Positions 11,428 to 19,478 of a DNA stretch of 64,000 nucleotides are shown piece by piece. The notes under the pieces are model-generated. The model made no database searches. It was given only the letters and a program-made list of their open reading frames with translations, and had not been told where the DNA came from. The stretch lies in the NCBI GenBank assembly GCA_963791285.1, contig CAWBSC010000025.1, forward strand, positions 92,520-156,519, given 5' to 3'. How positions within the stretch are numbered: the stretch's first letter is position 1; each line of letters starts with the position of its first letter. This DNA is from an uncultured delta proteobacterium (GTDB lineage Bacteria > Desulfobacterota > Desulfobacteria > Desulfobacterales > SpSt-501). The position numbers were made by a program, and so were the translations under genes.

Positions 11428-11545
11428 GGGGTGCCCGAAGCCCGAGATCCAGGCGGCGCGCCGCGCGAACGAGGCGTACGTTTCAGTACGCCGCAGTTCG
11501 GCGCGGCGATGCGCAACGCCGATATCGGGCTTCGGGCGACGTCAC
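11428..11545. repeat. ~120-bp palindromic intergenic element, variant family PR-2
   Basis: Arms GCCCGAAGCCCGAGATC (11433-11449) and GATATCGGGCTTCGGGC (11521-11537) flank a central GAGGCGTACGTTTCAGTACGCCGC. Homologous to 36282-36410 in reverse orientation. Begins 3 nt after the stop of the upstream gene. Confidence 0.75.
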
Positions 11546-11548
11546 GCC

Positions 11549-12245
11549 TCATTGCTCGACGCGCATGGCCTCCACGGGCTGCATGCGCGACGCGACCCAC
11601 GCCGGGTACATCACCCCCGCCAGGCTGAGCCCGATGCCGACCGCGGTGGCCACGGCGAGAGACTGCAGCACGTCCCCGGCCGGGACCGCTGCGACCGCCG
11701 CGCCCCCGAAACGCGCCCAGGCCCCGAGCAGGGCCACGGAGCCGCCGGCGAGCGCGCCCGCGGCCGCGCCGGCACGCCCCCTGCATCCCCGCCTCGAGGA
11801 TGAACAACCGCAGGACGAACCGGTCGAGCGCGCCCAGGCATTTCATGGTGCCGATCTCGCGGAAGCGCTCGGTGACCGCCATGAGCTGGGCGTTCACGAT
11901 GCCGACCGTGCAGACCAGCAGCGACAGGAAGATGATCCAGCGCTGCTTGGGGCTGCCGGACACGTTCACGGTCTGCGGCGCCACGTCGTACCCGGCGCGG
12001 ACCAGGTCCTGCCGCCACTCGGGGACGCGGCTGGCCAGCATGCCGTTGGCGATATCGTTGCTCACGTCGGTGAAACTCAGGAACGACACCGCGAGCACGA
12101 GGCTGAGGATCGTGATCAGCGACCGGAAAAAGCGCACCCGGATGCTGCGGTAGGCGATCTCGACCGACTTCGCGAACGGCAACACCACCTGCCGTTCCAC
12201 CCCCGCGTGCTGGCCTTCGGCATCGGCAAACATCTGTTTCGTCAT
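11549..12245 (-). pseudogene. small FtsX-family ABC permease (~231 aa), 1 frameshift in this assembly
   Basis: MTKQMFADAE...FFRSLITILSLVLAVSFLSF...ERFREIGTMKCLGALDRFVLRLFILEAGMQG continues in ORF 11549..11737 (ALLGAWARFGG...MYPAWVASRMQPVEAMRVEQ). There is one extra base near 11785. Confidence 0.75.
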
Positions 12246-12371
12246 CGGTCACCGCCTGCACGTGATCGTGCCGGAATTCGTGATCGGCAAGTGCTCGAAG
12301 TCATGGAAAATATGGATAACACACGCCCATACCGATGTAAACAGCGCCGGGCCGTGCCCCGGCGTGCCGTC

Positions 12372-13550
12372 TCAGGCGGGGCGGCGGGTGCGCGCGCGCT
12401 CGGACCGCCAGCCGTCCACCCACGCTGCGACCGCCGCGGCCCCGCCAAGATCGACGAGGCCCGCGGGCGGGCGCGGGGCGGGCAACTGCCCGCCGACGAT
12501 CTCCGCCAGCCGCGCCGGGTCGAGATCGGCATCCGCGAGGACGCGGAGCGCGCCTCGTGCGGCCAGGCGTTCCGAGCGCATGCGCTGCTCGCGGTTCTGA
12601 GCGAAGGGCCACACCAGGGCGGGCACCCGGGCCGCCAGCAGATTCATCGTGGTGTTGTAGCCTGCCATGCTGATCGACAGGTCGGCCGCGGCCAGCAGCG
12701 ACAGGAAATCGGAGCTGAACCGCTCGACGCGTGCGCGGCCGCCCGCGAGCGCGCGCAGCCGCCCGAACTCCGGTTCGGGCAGGAACGGCCCGGTGAAGAC
12801 CAGCAGGCGGGCCCCCGGCGGAATCCCGGGCCGCTCGAAGGCGCGCACGGCGGCCTCGAGCAGCGGCATCCCCACACTGCCGCCCCCGGCGCTCGCCACC
12901 ACCAGCCGCTCGCCCGGCCCCACCCCGAACTCGGCGCGTACGCGCTGCCGCGCGCCCGGGGCCGGGGCCGGCGTGACGAAGCCGGTGTAGACCAGGGGGA
13001 CGTCGATCTCCGCCACGCGGCCGAAGGTCTCCTGCAGGCGCACGAAGGCCGGGTCCGCGTGGATCAGCACGGCGTCGAAGAACCGGTTGAGCGTGGACAC
13101 GACCCGGCTCTCGTAGGCTCGCGGGTCCCCCTTTTCGACCAGGATGTCCCGCACGCTGCAGACCACACCGCAGGGCGGGAGCCGCCCCGCGCGCATGGCC
13201 TCGAGCAGCGGGTCGATCTCCGCGCGGAACGCTTTGCGCCCGAAGGGGTAGAGCTCGACGATGAAGAGGTCGGGCGGCTCGGCCGCCAGCAGAGCCAGCA
13301 GCCGGTCGCGGCGTTCCCGCAGGACCGTTTCGGCATCCGATCCGGACTCGGCGCGCAGCGCCTTGAACTCGGGATCCATGTGCAGGGCCGGCAGGCGGAC
13401 CTCGGCGACGTGGGGGGGCAGGTGCGCCTCCAGGGGCGGGCCGCCACTGATCAGGCGGACCCTGTGCCGGTCGAGGGCGCGGCAGATCTCGAGCGTGCGG
13501 AAGAAGTGCCCCACCCCGAGCACGTGCTGGCAGTAGACGACGATGTTCAT
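12372..13550 (-). CDS. glycosyltransferase, MurG-like (GT1/GT28 superfamily) fold
   Basis: 392-aa intact ORF. The N-terminus MNIVVYCQHVLGVGHFFRTLEICRAL and the C-terminal ...SISMAGYNTTMNLLAARVPALVWPF are typical of GT28 C-terminal-domain transferases. Confidence 0.75.
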   Translation of the reverse strand: MNIVVYCQHVLGVGHFFRTLEICRALDRHRVRLISGGPPLEAHLPPHVAEVRLPALHMDPEFKALRAESGSDAETVLRERRDRLLALLAAEPPDLFIVELYPFGRKAFRAEIDPLLEAMRAGRLPPCGVVCSVRDILVEKGDPRAYESRVVSTLNRFFDAVLIHADPAFVRLQETFGRVAEIDVPLVYTGFVTPAPAPGARQRVRAEFGVGPGERLVVASAGGGSVGMPLLEAAVRAFERPGIPPGARLLVFTGPFLPEPEFGRLRALAGGRARVERFSSDFLSLLAAADLSISMAGYNTTMNLLAARVPALVWPFAQNREQRMRSERLAARGALRVLADADLDPARLAEIVGGQLPAPRPPAGLVDLGGAAAVAAWVDGWRSERARTRRPA

Positions 13551-13658
13551 GCGACCACTTCCGAAAGCGGTTCCGTGCGTCGGCGGCTCATGCTATGACG
13601 TCGGCAACCGACCATTTCACGTTTTCCCCGGTCGACCCAAGGGGGCAAGCGTATCACC

Positions 13659-14702
13659 GTGCACACGCCATCGCTTCGCATCGAACGGGTCCGCGTCCGC
13701 GAGCTTCTCTCGTTCGCGGCCGAGGCAGCCGCGGACCGGGCGTTCGCGCAAGTGGCCCCACTGACCGGTCTGCGGGCCGCCTCCATGGCCCGCAACCCCT
13801 GCGCCGCGCCCGAGGACGTCGCCCTGCTCGTCGCGCTGCAGGAGGGTCGCTGCGTCGGCTACCAGGGCCTGCTGCCGGGGCGATTGCTGAGCGCCGCGGG
13901 GGCGTCTGCAGTCCACTGGCTCATCACGCTTTTCGTGGCGCCCGAATGCCGCGGCCGGGGGGTCGCCCGGCGCCTGATCCAGGAGGCCCTCGGCCTGGGG
14001 CTGGACCTGGCGGCCGTCGGTCCCGCACGCGCCGCGGACGCGGCCTACCGCTCCGCGGGGTTCGCGACCCTGGGCGAGCTGCGCCTGCGGCGGTTTTCGA
14101 TCGAACGCCTGCCCCGCGCCGTCCACGGCCTCGCGCTATCGATGCTCTGCGCCGGCCGACCGGCGACGGATTTCCGGCCCGTGCCCCGCATCCCGACGGG
14201 GGCGGAGCGCCGGCCGGCCGACCTCCCGCGCTTCCTGCGGGACGCGCAGGTCGTCGACTGGGTGCTCGCCCACCCCTGGGTCGTGTCGCGCGCAGAGGCC
14301 CCCGCGCTGGTCCGACCGTATCACTTCTCCCACGCGCGCGACCGGTTCCGCCTCGAGGCCTGGGAGACGGCCGGTGGCGGCCAGCCGGCGGCCGTCGTCC
14401 TCTCGGCCGGCCAAAACAAGGGTGCGGGCCGCGTCAAGCTGCTCGACCTCTTCCTGCCGGCGGCGGACGCGGCTGCGGCCTGCGCCGTCGCGTTGCGACG
14501 GGCGCGTGCGCTCCGCGCGGCGCGCATCGATTTCCCGGCCGAGGTCGACCCGGCCCTGGCCGCCTCGCGGCTCCTGCGCCGGTTCACCCGCTGGAAGTCC
14601 CGCACCACCGTCTACCACCCCGGCGCGCCTGACAGCGCGCTCGCGCGCGCCGCCGGGGCGATTCACCTGGACCCCTGCGACGGGGATGCCGCCTTCACCT
14701 GA
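13659..14702 (+). CDS. GNAT-family N-acetyltransferase-like protein
   Basis: 347-aa ORF with a GTG start. The motif LFVAPECRGRGVARRLIQEAL resembles the acetyl-CoA binding Q/RxxGxG/A motif of GNATs. Confidence 0.6.
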   Translation: MHTPSLRIERVRVRELLSFAAEAAADRAFAQVAPLTGLRAASMARNPCAAPEDVALLVALQEGRCVGYQGLLPGRLLSAAGASAVHWLITLFVAPECRGRGVARRLIQEALGLGLDLAAVGPARAADAAYRSAGFATLGELRLRRFSIERLPRAVHGLALSMLCAGRPATDFRPVPRIPTGAERRPADLPRFLRDAQVVDWVLAHPWVVSRAEAPALVRPYHFSHARDRFRLEAWETAGGGQPAAVVLSAGQNKGAGRVKLLDLFLPAADAAAACAVALRRARALRAARIDFPAEVDPALAASRLLRRFTRWKSRTTVYHPGAPDSALARAAGAIHLDPCDGDAAFT

Positions 14703-15479
14703 GGCCACCGGCGGGTGCCCGCGCCCTCCTCGATCAGCCGGTCGATGTCGAGGCGGGGGATCAGGCTCGGGTCGCGCGGCGCCCGCGACGCAAAAAACTC
14801 CCGGAAGCCGTAGGACCGCAGGATCTCGAGCAGCGGCGGCGAGTACTCGTTGAACGGGAAGCAGTAGCTCTCCGGGACCCGGCCCAGATGCCGCCGAAAC
14901 CACTCCAGGCAGAGCTCGGTGTCCTCCCGGATGTACTCCCGCCAGCGGGCCTCCGACCGCGGGCTCAGGCCCCCGTCGCCATGTGTCGAACCCCTGGAAG
15001 GCCAGCCGCGAGCGGATGCTCAGGCCGCGGCGCAGCGCCTCGGGGACCTCGCGAAACCGCTCGGTCTTCCAGGGACTCGGCGCCTTGGGCTTGCGGGGGT
15101 GGACGTCGGTAAGGACGACGTCGTGGAAGTGGCTGTGCGCCCCGATCCGCACGCCCGGCTGATCCGCGAGAACGCCCACCTCGTCGACCGTCATGAAGTC
15201 GTCCAGGCGCCCCTCGATGAACGCGCGGCGGGAGTAGACTCCGCTTTTCAGGTGTTCGAGGTAGCGCCCGGCGAAGCGCGGGCGGGCCGGCCCGGGACGG
15301 ACGAACGCGGTCGCGAGGAAGAAGGTGAGGTCGCCCGGCTGGCCGGCCAGCAACGGCTGGTAGTAGTACTGTGAAAAGAGCCCGTCGTCGAAGGTCAGAC
15401 GATAGTCGCGCAGCGGCAGCGCGAAGTACTCCGGCTTCAGGTCATGGATCATCAGCGTTTCCACTCGACGTCTCCTCAC
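14663..15479 (-). pseudogene. polysaccharide deacetylase family protein, 1 frameshift in this assembly
   Basis: N-terminal part lies in ORF 14136..15479 (LTFDDGLFSQYYYQ...IGAHSHFHDVVL). After an extra base near 14970 the sense frame continues (RSEARWREYIREDTELCLEWFRRHLGRVPESYCFPFNEYSPPLLEILRSYGF) to a TGA at 14663. The start could be an internal GTG or ATG up to 27 nt downstream. Confidence 0.65.
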
Positions 15480-15499
15480 CGCGGATGCGGGCTATCCCA

Positions 15500-15638
15500 G
15501 GTTGCGGAAAAACAAGTATCAGGCCGTCAGCCAAGGCGTGCGGCCTTTTGGGAAGCGCAGCATACGGACCCGTATGTGAGCATTCACAAAAGCCGCGCAA
15601 CGCCGGATCACGGCCTGAGACGCCGTTTTTCCGCAACC
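15500..15638 (+). repeat. ~120-bp palindromic intergenic element, family PR-1 (full copy)
   Basis: GGTTGCGGAAAAAC...CAGGCCGTCAGCCAAGGCG...CATGTGAGCATT...CGCAACGCCGGATCACGGCCTGAGACGCCGTTTTTCCGCAACC. The terminal inverted repeats pair. Overlaps the last 10 codons of the histidine phosphatase gene. Confidence 0.85.
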
Positions 15639-16252
15639 TGGCAGTCCGGCAGCTCTTCGACGCCGTCCAACCCGAGCTCCCCGCCGGCGGCCGAGATCCG
15701 GTACAGCCGGTAGACATGGTGCTCGGGCCGCTCGGTCGGCGGGGTCGGGTCCCCGGCGAGAAAACAGGCGAGGCTCTTGATCACGCCCTCGTGCGTCACG
15801 ACGAGGATCGCGCTGCCGGGCCGCTCGGCGGCTGCGTCCAGCAGCGCCCGGCGGCTGCGCTCGAGCTGGGCGCGGCGGGTTTCGCCACCCGGCGGCCGGA
15901 AGTCCCAGCCCGCGCACTCTTGCGCCGCCACGACGTCCGGTTCTTCCCCGCGCAGCTGCCGCACCGTGCGGCCGGTCCACCGTCCCCAGTCGAGCTCGCG
16001 CAGCCGGGGCTCGGGGTGGATGGGCAAGTCGAGCCGGCGGTTGATGAGGTGCGCGGTCGCCAGCGCCCGGCCGGTGTCGCTCGCCAGGATGAGCGTCCAG
16101 GGCGTCGCCTGCAGGTATGCGCCCCAGAGCTCCGCCTGCCGCTCCCCCTCCGGAGTCAGCGGCGAGTCCGACCAGCCCTGGATGCGGCGCTCCCGGTTCC
16201 ACACCGTCCGCGCGTGGCGGATCACCCCGAAAGTCGTTCGCCCGGCGTTCAC
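15608..16252 (-). CDS. histidine phosphatase family protein (phosphoglycerate mutase-like)
   Basis: 214-aa ORF. RHARTVWN fits the RHG-type catalytic motif region, and VVTHEGVI supplies the second His. The start overlaps the upstream GT4 stop (ATGA). Confidence 0.85.
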   Translation of the reverse strand: MNAGRTTFGVIRHARTVWNRERRIQGWSDSPLTPEGERQAELWGAYLQATPWTLILASDTGRALATAHLINRRLDLPIHPEPRLRELDWGRWTGRTVRQLRGEEPDVVAAQECAGWDFRPPGGETRRAQLERSRRALLDAAAERPGSAILVVTHEGVIKSLACFLAGDPTPPTERPEHHVYRLYRISAAGGELGLDGVEELPDCQVAEKRRLRP

Positions 16253-17373
16253 GGGCGGCGGCCCTCCGCGGCCAGGCGCCTCAGAACGACCTCCATGCCG
16301 GCGTAGTTGCGGTCCAGGTCGTGGACCTCGCGGATGCGGGCGCGGGCGTTTGCGCCCAGGCGCCGGCGCAGGACCGGGTCCGCGAGGAGGCGTTCGACCG
16401 CGTCGCGGAAGGCGTCACGGTCGTGCAGCGGGGCCAGCAGCCCCGTCTCGCCGTGGCGGATGGCCTCGGGGGTCCCGGCGTTGTCGCAGGCGACCACCGG
16501 CAGCCCGCAGGACTGGGCCTCCAGGTAGACCATCCCGAGGGCCTCCTGGAAACCGGGGAAGACGAAAAGATCGGCCGCGCTGTAGTGGCGGAAGAGCTCA
16601 CCCCGCGGCACCTGCCCGACAAACCGCACCGCCGGCAGGCCCGCGGCCGCCGCCAGCCGCTCGAGCGCGGGGCGGGCCTTGCCGTCGCCGGCGATCACCA
16701 GAGTGAAGCGGTGCCCGCGGCCGGCGAGTTCCCCGCAGGTGCGGATCACCCGCGCAAGCCCATCGGCCTTGACCCCGGGCCGGAACATGGCGACCGAGAG
16801 CACCACCGGCTCCTCCCCGACGCCCCACTGCGCCCGCAGGTCGGCGCGGGCCTCGGGGCAGAAGGCAAACTCCTCCGGGTGCAGCCCCGGGGCCACGTAG
16901 GTGATGCGCTCCGCGGGCAGCAGGCGCAGGAGATTGTGCAGGTCGCGGCGCTTGTTGGTGAAGACGTGGCGCGCGGCGAGCAGCACCCGGCGGTTGAGGT
17001 GGTAGCCGGGCAGGCTCGCCCAGCGACGGCGGGGCTTGGTGGAGAAGATGCCCTGGAAGAGCACGTAGGGGACGCCCAGCGCTCGAGCCACGCCCGGCCC
17101 GAGCAGGTCGGGCGCCTTGTAGTAGGAGTGGTAGCTGAACCAGAGATCGCATCCGCCTGCGGCGAACCGCCGGCGGATGCGCCGCCGGTCGCGCGCGAGC
17201 AGCGGCCACAGCCACGGCCGCCAGTAGATCCAGCGGCAGCGCAGCCCGCTCGGCACGGTCAGCTCGTGGCCGCGGCGGCGGAGGTAGTCGAAAATCCCGC
17301 CGGCGGTCACGAGGTCCCCCGAGGGCAGCCGGTGACCGAGTGGCTTGAAAGCCGGGTAGAAGCAGATCTTCAT
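16249..17373 (-). CDS. glycosyltransferase family 4 (GT-B, EX7E type)
   Basis: Sense sequence begins at MKICFYPAFKPLG (ATG 17373) within track ORF 16249..17727. The C-terminal FVFPGFQEALGMVYLEAQSCGLPVVACDNAGTPEAIRHGETGLL is typical of GT4. Confidence 0.85.
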   Translation of the reverse strand: MKICFYPAFKPLGHRLPSGDLVTAGGIFDYLRRRGHELTVPSGLRCRWIYWRPWLWPLLARDRRRIRRRFAAGGCDLWFSYHSYYKAPDLLGPGVARALGVPYVLFQGIFSTKPRRRWASLPGYHLNRRVLLAARHVFTNKRRDLHNLLRLLPAERITYVAPGLHPEEFAFCPEARADLRAQWGVGEEPVVLSVAMFRPGVKADGLARVIRTCGELAGRGHRFTLVIAGDGKARPALERLAAAAGLPAVRFVGQVPRGELFRHYSAADLFVFPGFQEALGMVYLEAQSCGLPVVACDNAGTPEAIRHGETGLLAPLHDRDAFRDAVERLLADPVLRRRLGANARARIREVHDLDRNYAGMEVVLRRLAAEGRRP

Positions 17374-17390
17374 GGCTCCGGGGTGCGGCG

Positions 17391-17777
17391 TCAGAACGGC
17401 GGGAACCCGCTCTTGAGCAGCCACGTCTGCTTGGCGGCGTTGAACTCCCAGAGCTGCTGGTCCATGAGGGTTTTCAGCTTCATGTCGCTTTCGCGGTAGT
17501 AGCTGATCTCGATGATGTTCACCGCCGTCTGCTTGTCCTGGGTGAAGACCAGCTGCTTGAAGTCGTAGCTGGCCACCCGGACCCCCTTGGGGACGGTTTT
17601 CACCTCCGCGTCGGGCGTCAGGTAGGCGCTGGCCGTGCCGAAATCCGACCAGGTCATAAGCCGGCCGTAGGCGCGCACCGTGTCCTCGAAGACCTCCTCG
17701 CGCCGAAAGTCGAAGGTGGACGCGCACCCGACCGTCAGGACCACCGCTACCAGAATGAGCAGAATCGACCGCTGCAT
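17391..17777 (-). CDS. lipoprotein, hypothetical
   Basis: 128 aa from ATG 17777, preceded by GGGAGGGGG. Lipobox LTVGC in MQRSILLILVAVVLTVGCAS. Confidence 0.7.
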   Translation of the reverse strand: MQRSILLILVAVVLTVGCASTFDFRREEVFEDTVRAYGRLMTWSDFGTASAYLTPDAEVKTVPKGVRVASYDFKQLVFTQDKQTAVNIIEISYYRESDMKLKTLMDQQLWEFNAAKQTWLLKSGFPPF

Positions 17778-17833
17778 GGCACCCCCTCCCTTGCGCTGTT
17801 TACTGTAGTCCATTATAAGCGAATGGCCAAGAG

Positions 17834-17954
17834 GTGGGGGTTGTTTTGTGTTTGGTGTTTCGTGTTTCGTGTCGGGTGCTGAGACCGCTGAACCGAAATC
17901 TGAACTGTTGATCCGTGAACCGCTGAAGCGTTCAACCGTGAACCCCTGAACCTG
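17834..17954. repeat. composite short-repeat tract: GT-rich (GTGTTTG-like) block followed by a TGAACC-periodic block
   Basis: 17834-17877 reads GTGGGGGTTGTTTTGTGTTTGGTGTTTCGTGTTTCGTGTCGGGTG. 17888-17954 carries CTGAACCG, CTGAACTG, GTGAACCG, CTGAAGCG, GTGAACCC and CTGAACCTG at roughly 10-12-nt spacing. Lies in a divergent intergenic region. Confidence 0.7.
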
Positions 17955-17971
17955 CCTCCTGAAAGGTCCCC

Positions 17972-18781
17972 ATGGCCACCATCGACATCGAGGCGCTGCG
18001 CCGCATCGCGGAGGCGGTCGTGCAGGCGGAGCCGGCACGGCTGGGGCACGCCGGGTGGTGGAAGCCCCCGCTGGTTGCCGCCGCCCCCGTGGATGAGCGC
18101 TTCGAGCGCCTGACCGCCATCGCGGCGCCCGACCACCTGCACCCCCGCGACCTGCTGCCGACCGCGCGCTCCGTGGTGGTGTTCTTCATCCCCTTTCAAA
18201 ACGCGCTGTCCCGCGCCAACCGCGGGGGCGACCGGCCCTGCCGGGACTGGGGCGTGGCCTACGTGGACACCAACCGGCTGATCGCGGCCGTGAGCGCCGA
18301 GGCCGCGCGCCGGCTCGAGGCCGAGGGATATCGCTGCGGGCTGACCCCGGCGACGGCCAACTTCAGCGAGGACACCCTGACCGCGCGTTGGTCCCACAAG
18401 CACCTCGGCTACCTGACCGGGATCGGCCGCTTCGGGACGCACTGCATGCTCATCACGCCTGCGGGCTGCGCCGGGCGCCTGGGCAGCTTCGTGACCGAGG
18501 CCGAACTGGGAGACCACCCCCTGATCGAAACCCCCGAAGCCTGCCTGCTCAAGTCCGGCCGGCGCTGCGGCCGCTGCATCGCCGCCTGCCCGGTGGGGGC
18601 GCTCGAGCCCGCGGGCATCCGGCGGCGGCGCTGCTGGGACCGGCTCCTGGAGAACCGGTCCGTTCTCGCAGCGTTGGCCGACTTGCCGGAGGACACGCAG
18701 GTCTGCGGCAAGTGCGCTGCCGTGATGCCCTGCAGCTTCGCCAACCCCGTGCGCCGGCTGCGGACGGCCGAGGGAGCCTGA
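17972..18781 (+). CDS. 4Fe-4S cluster protein, epoxyqueuosine reductase (QueG)-like
   Basis: 269-aa ORF. Cys motifs CGRCIAACPVGAL and CGKCAAVMPC. Overall resemblance to short QueG/reductive-dehalogenase-related proteins is judged by eye. Confidence 0.6.
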   Translation: MATIDIEALRRIAEAVVQAEPARLGHAGWWKPPLVAAAPVDERFERLTAIAAPDHLHPRDLLPTARSVVVFFIPFQNALSRANRGGDRPCRDWGVAYVDTNRLIAAVSAEAARRLEAEGYRCGLTPATANFSEDTLTARWSHKHLGYLTGIGRFGTHCMLITPAGCAGRLGSFVTEAELGDHPLIETPEACLLKSGRRCGRCIAACPVGALEPAGIRRRRCWDRLLENRSVLAALADLPEDTQVCGKCAAVMPCSFANPVRRLRTAEGA

Positions 18782-19045
18782 TGTGCGAGCGCCGCTTCGG
18801 CCCGGTCCGCTTCTTCCCGGGTCCGGACCGGGGGAAGTGCCCGCACGGCCGCTGCGTCCCGTGAGGGGATGCCTGCGGTCCTTTTTCTCGGCGACTACGG
18901 CCTGACCCCGTTCGGCCCCTGGTACGGGGACCGCGACGCAAGCGTGGAGTTGACGGAGGAATCGGTGGCACGGCTGCGGCGAGTCCCGGCGCAGGTCCGC
19001 CGGGCCGGTCACGAGCAGGGGGTCTTCGAGACGGAGCCGGGGTCA
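18780..19045 (+). pseudogene. remnant of an MBL-fold metallo-hydrolase gene (internal deletion and 3' truncation)
   Basis: ATG overlaps the upstream stop (ATGA). MCERRFGPVRFFPGPDRGKCPHGRCVP matches the usual N-terminus of this family. It then jumps directly to the C-terminal block PAVLFLGDYGLTPFGPWYGDRDASVELTEESVARLRRVPAQV...GHEQGVFETEPG. The HxHxDH core is absent. Confidence 0.5.
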
Positions 19046-19336
19046 CTCCTCGGGCTTGGCGGGCGGAAGCTTGGCCTCGATGCGCTGCAAGAGCGTGCGG
19101 ATCTCCCGCAGCTGGGCTACGACGGATTCCCGGTCCCCGGGCGCGGGGTCCGACTTGCCGCCGAGGCTGCGCGAAATTTCGTCCAGCCGCACGCCGAGCG
19201 TCACGATGAGGTAGAGCAGCACCGCGAACCCGAGCTGGCGCTCCCCCCAGCCCAGTCCGCGCCAGCCGAAGAGCAGGATCCCGATGAAGACCCCGCTCGT
19301 GATGGTGTAAGGGTGTTTGGCAAACCAGTTTTGCAT
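19043..19336 (-). CDS. small membrane protein, hypothetical
   Basis: 97 aa from ATG 19336, with GGAGA upstream. MQNWFAKHPYTITSGVFIGILLFGW...FAVLLYLIVTLGV gives two predicted TM segments, followed by a charged tail. Confidence 0.5.
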   Translation of the reverse strand: MQNWFAKHPYTITSGVFIGILLFGWRGLGWGERQLGFAVLLYLIVTLGVRLDEISRSLGGKSDPAPGDRESVVAQLREIRTLLQRIEAKLPPAKPEE

Positions 19337-19399
19337 CGATTCTCCAGAACCGCCTTTCCAACTTACGCCTTGGCCGCATGAGCGGCTGCGAGCCCGCAC

Positions 19400-19478
19400 G
19401 TTTTCCTCCGGGCACATGCGTCCACGGGCGCACGCGTGATCAAGTCGTGCAACGCCCGGCCACGGCCTGAGACGCCGT
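19400..19478 (+). repeat. PR-1 family, right-half fragment
   Basis: GGCACATGCG...GTGATCAAGTCGTGCAACGCCCGGCCACGGCCTGAGACGCCG matches the right arm of the full copies. Ends at the stop codon of the acyl-CoA ligase gene. Confidence 0.5.
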
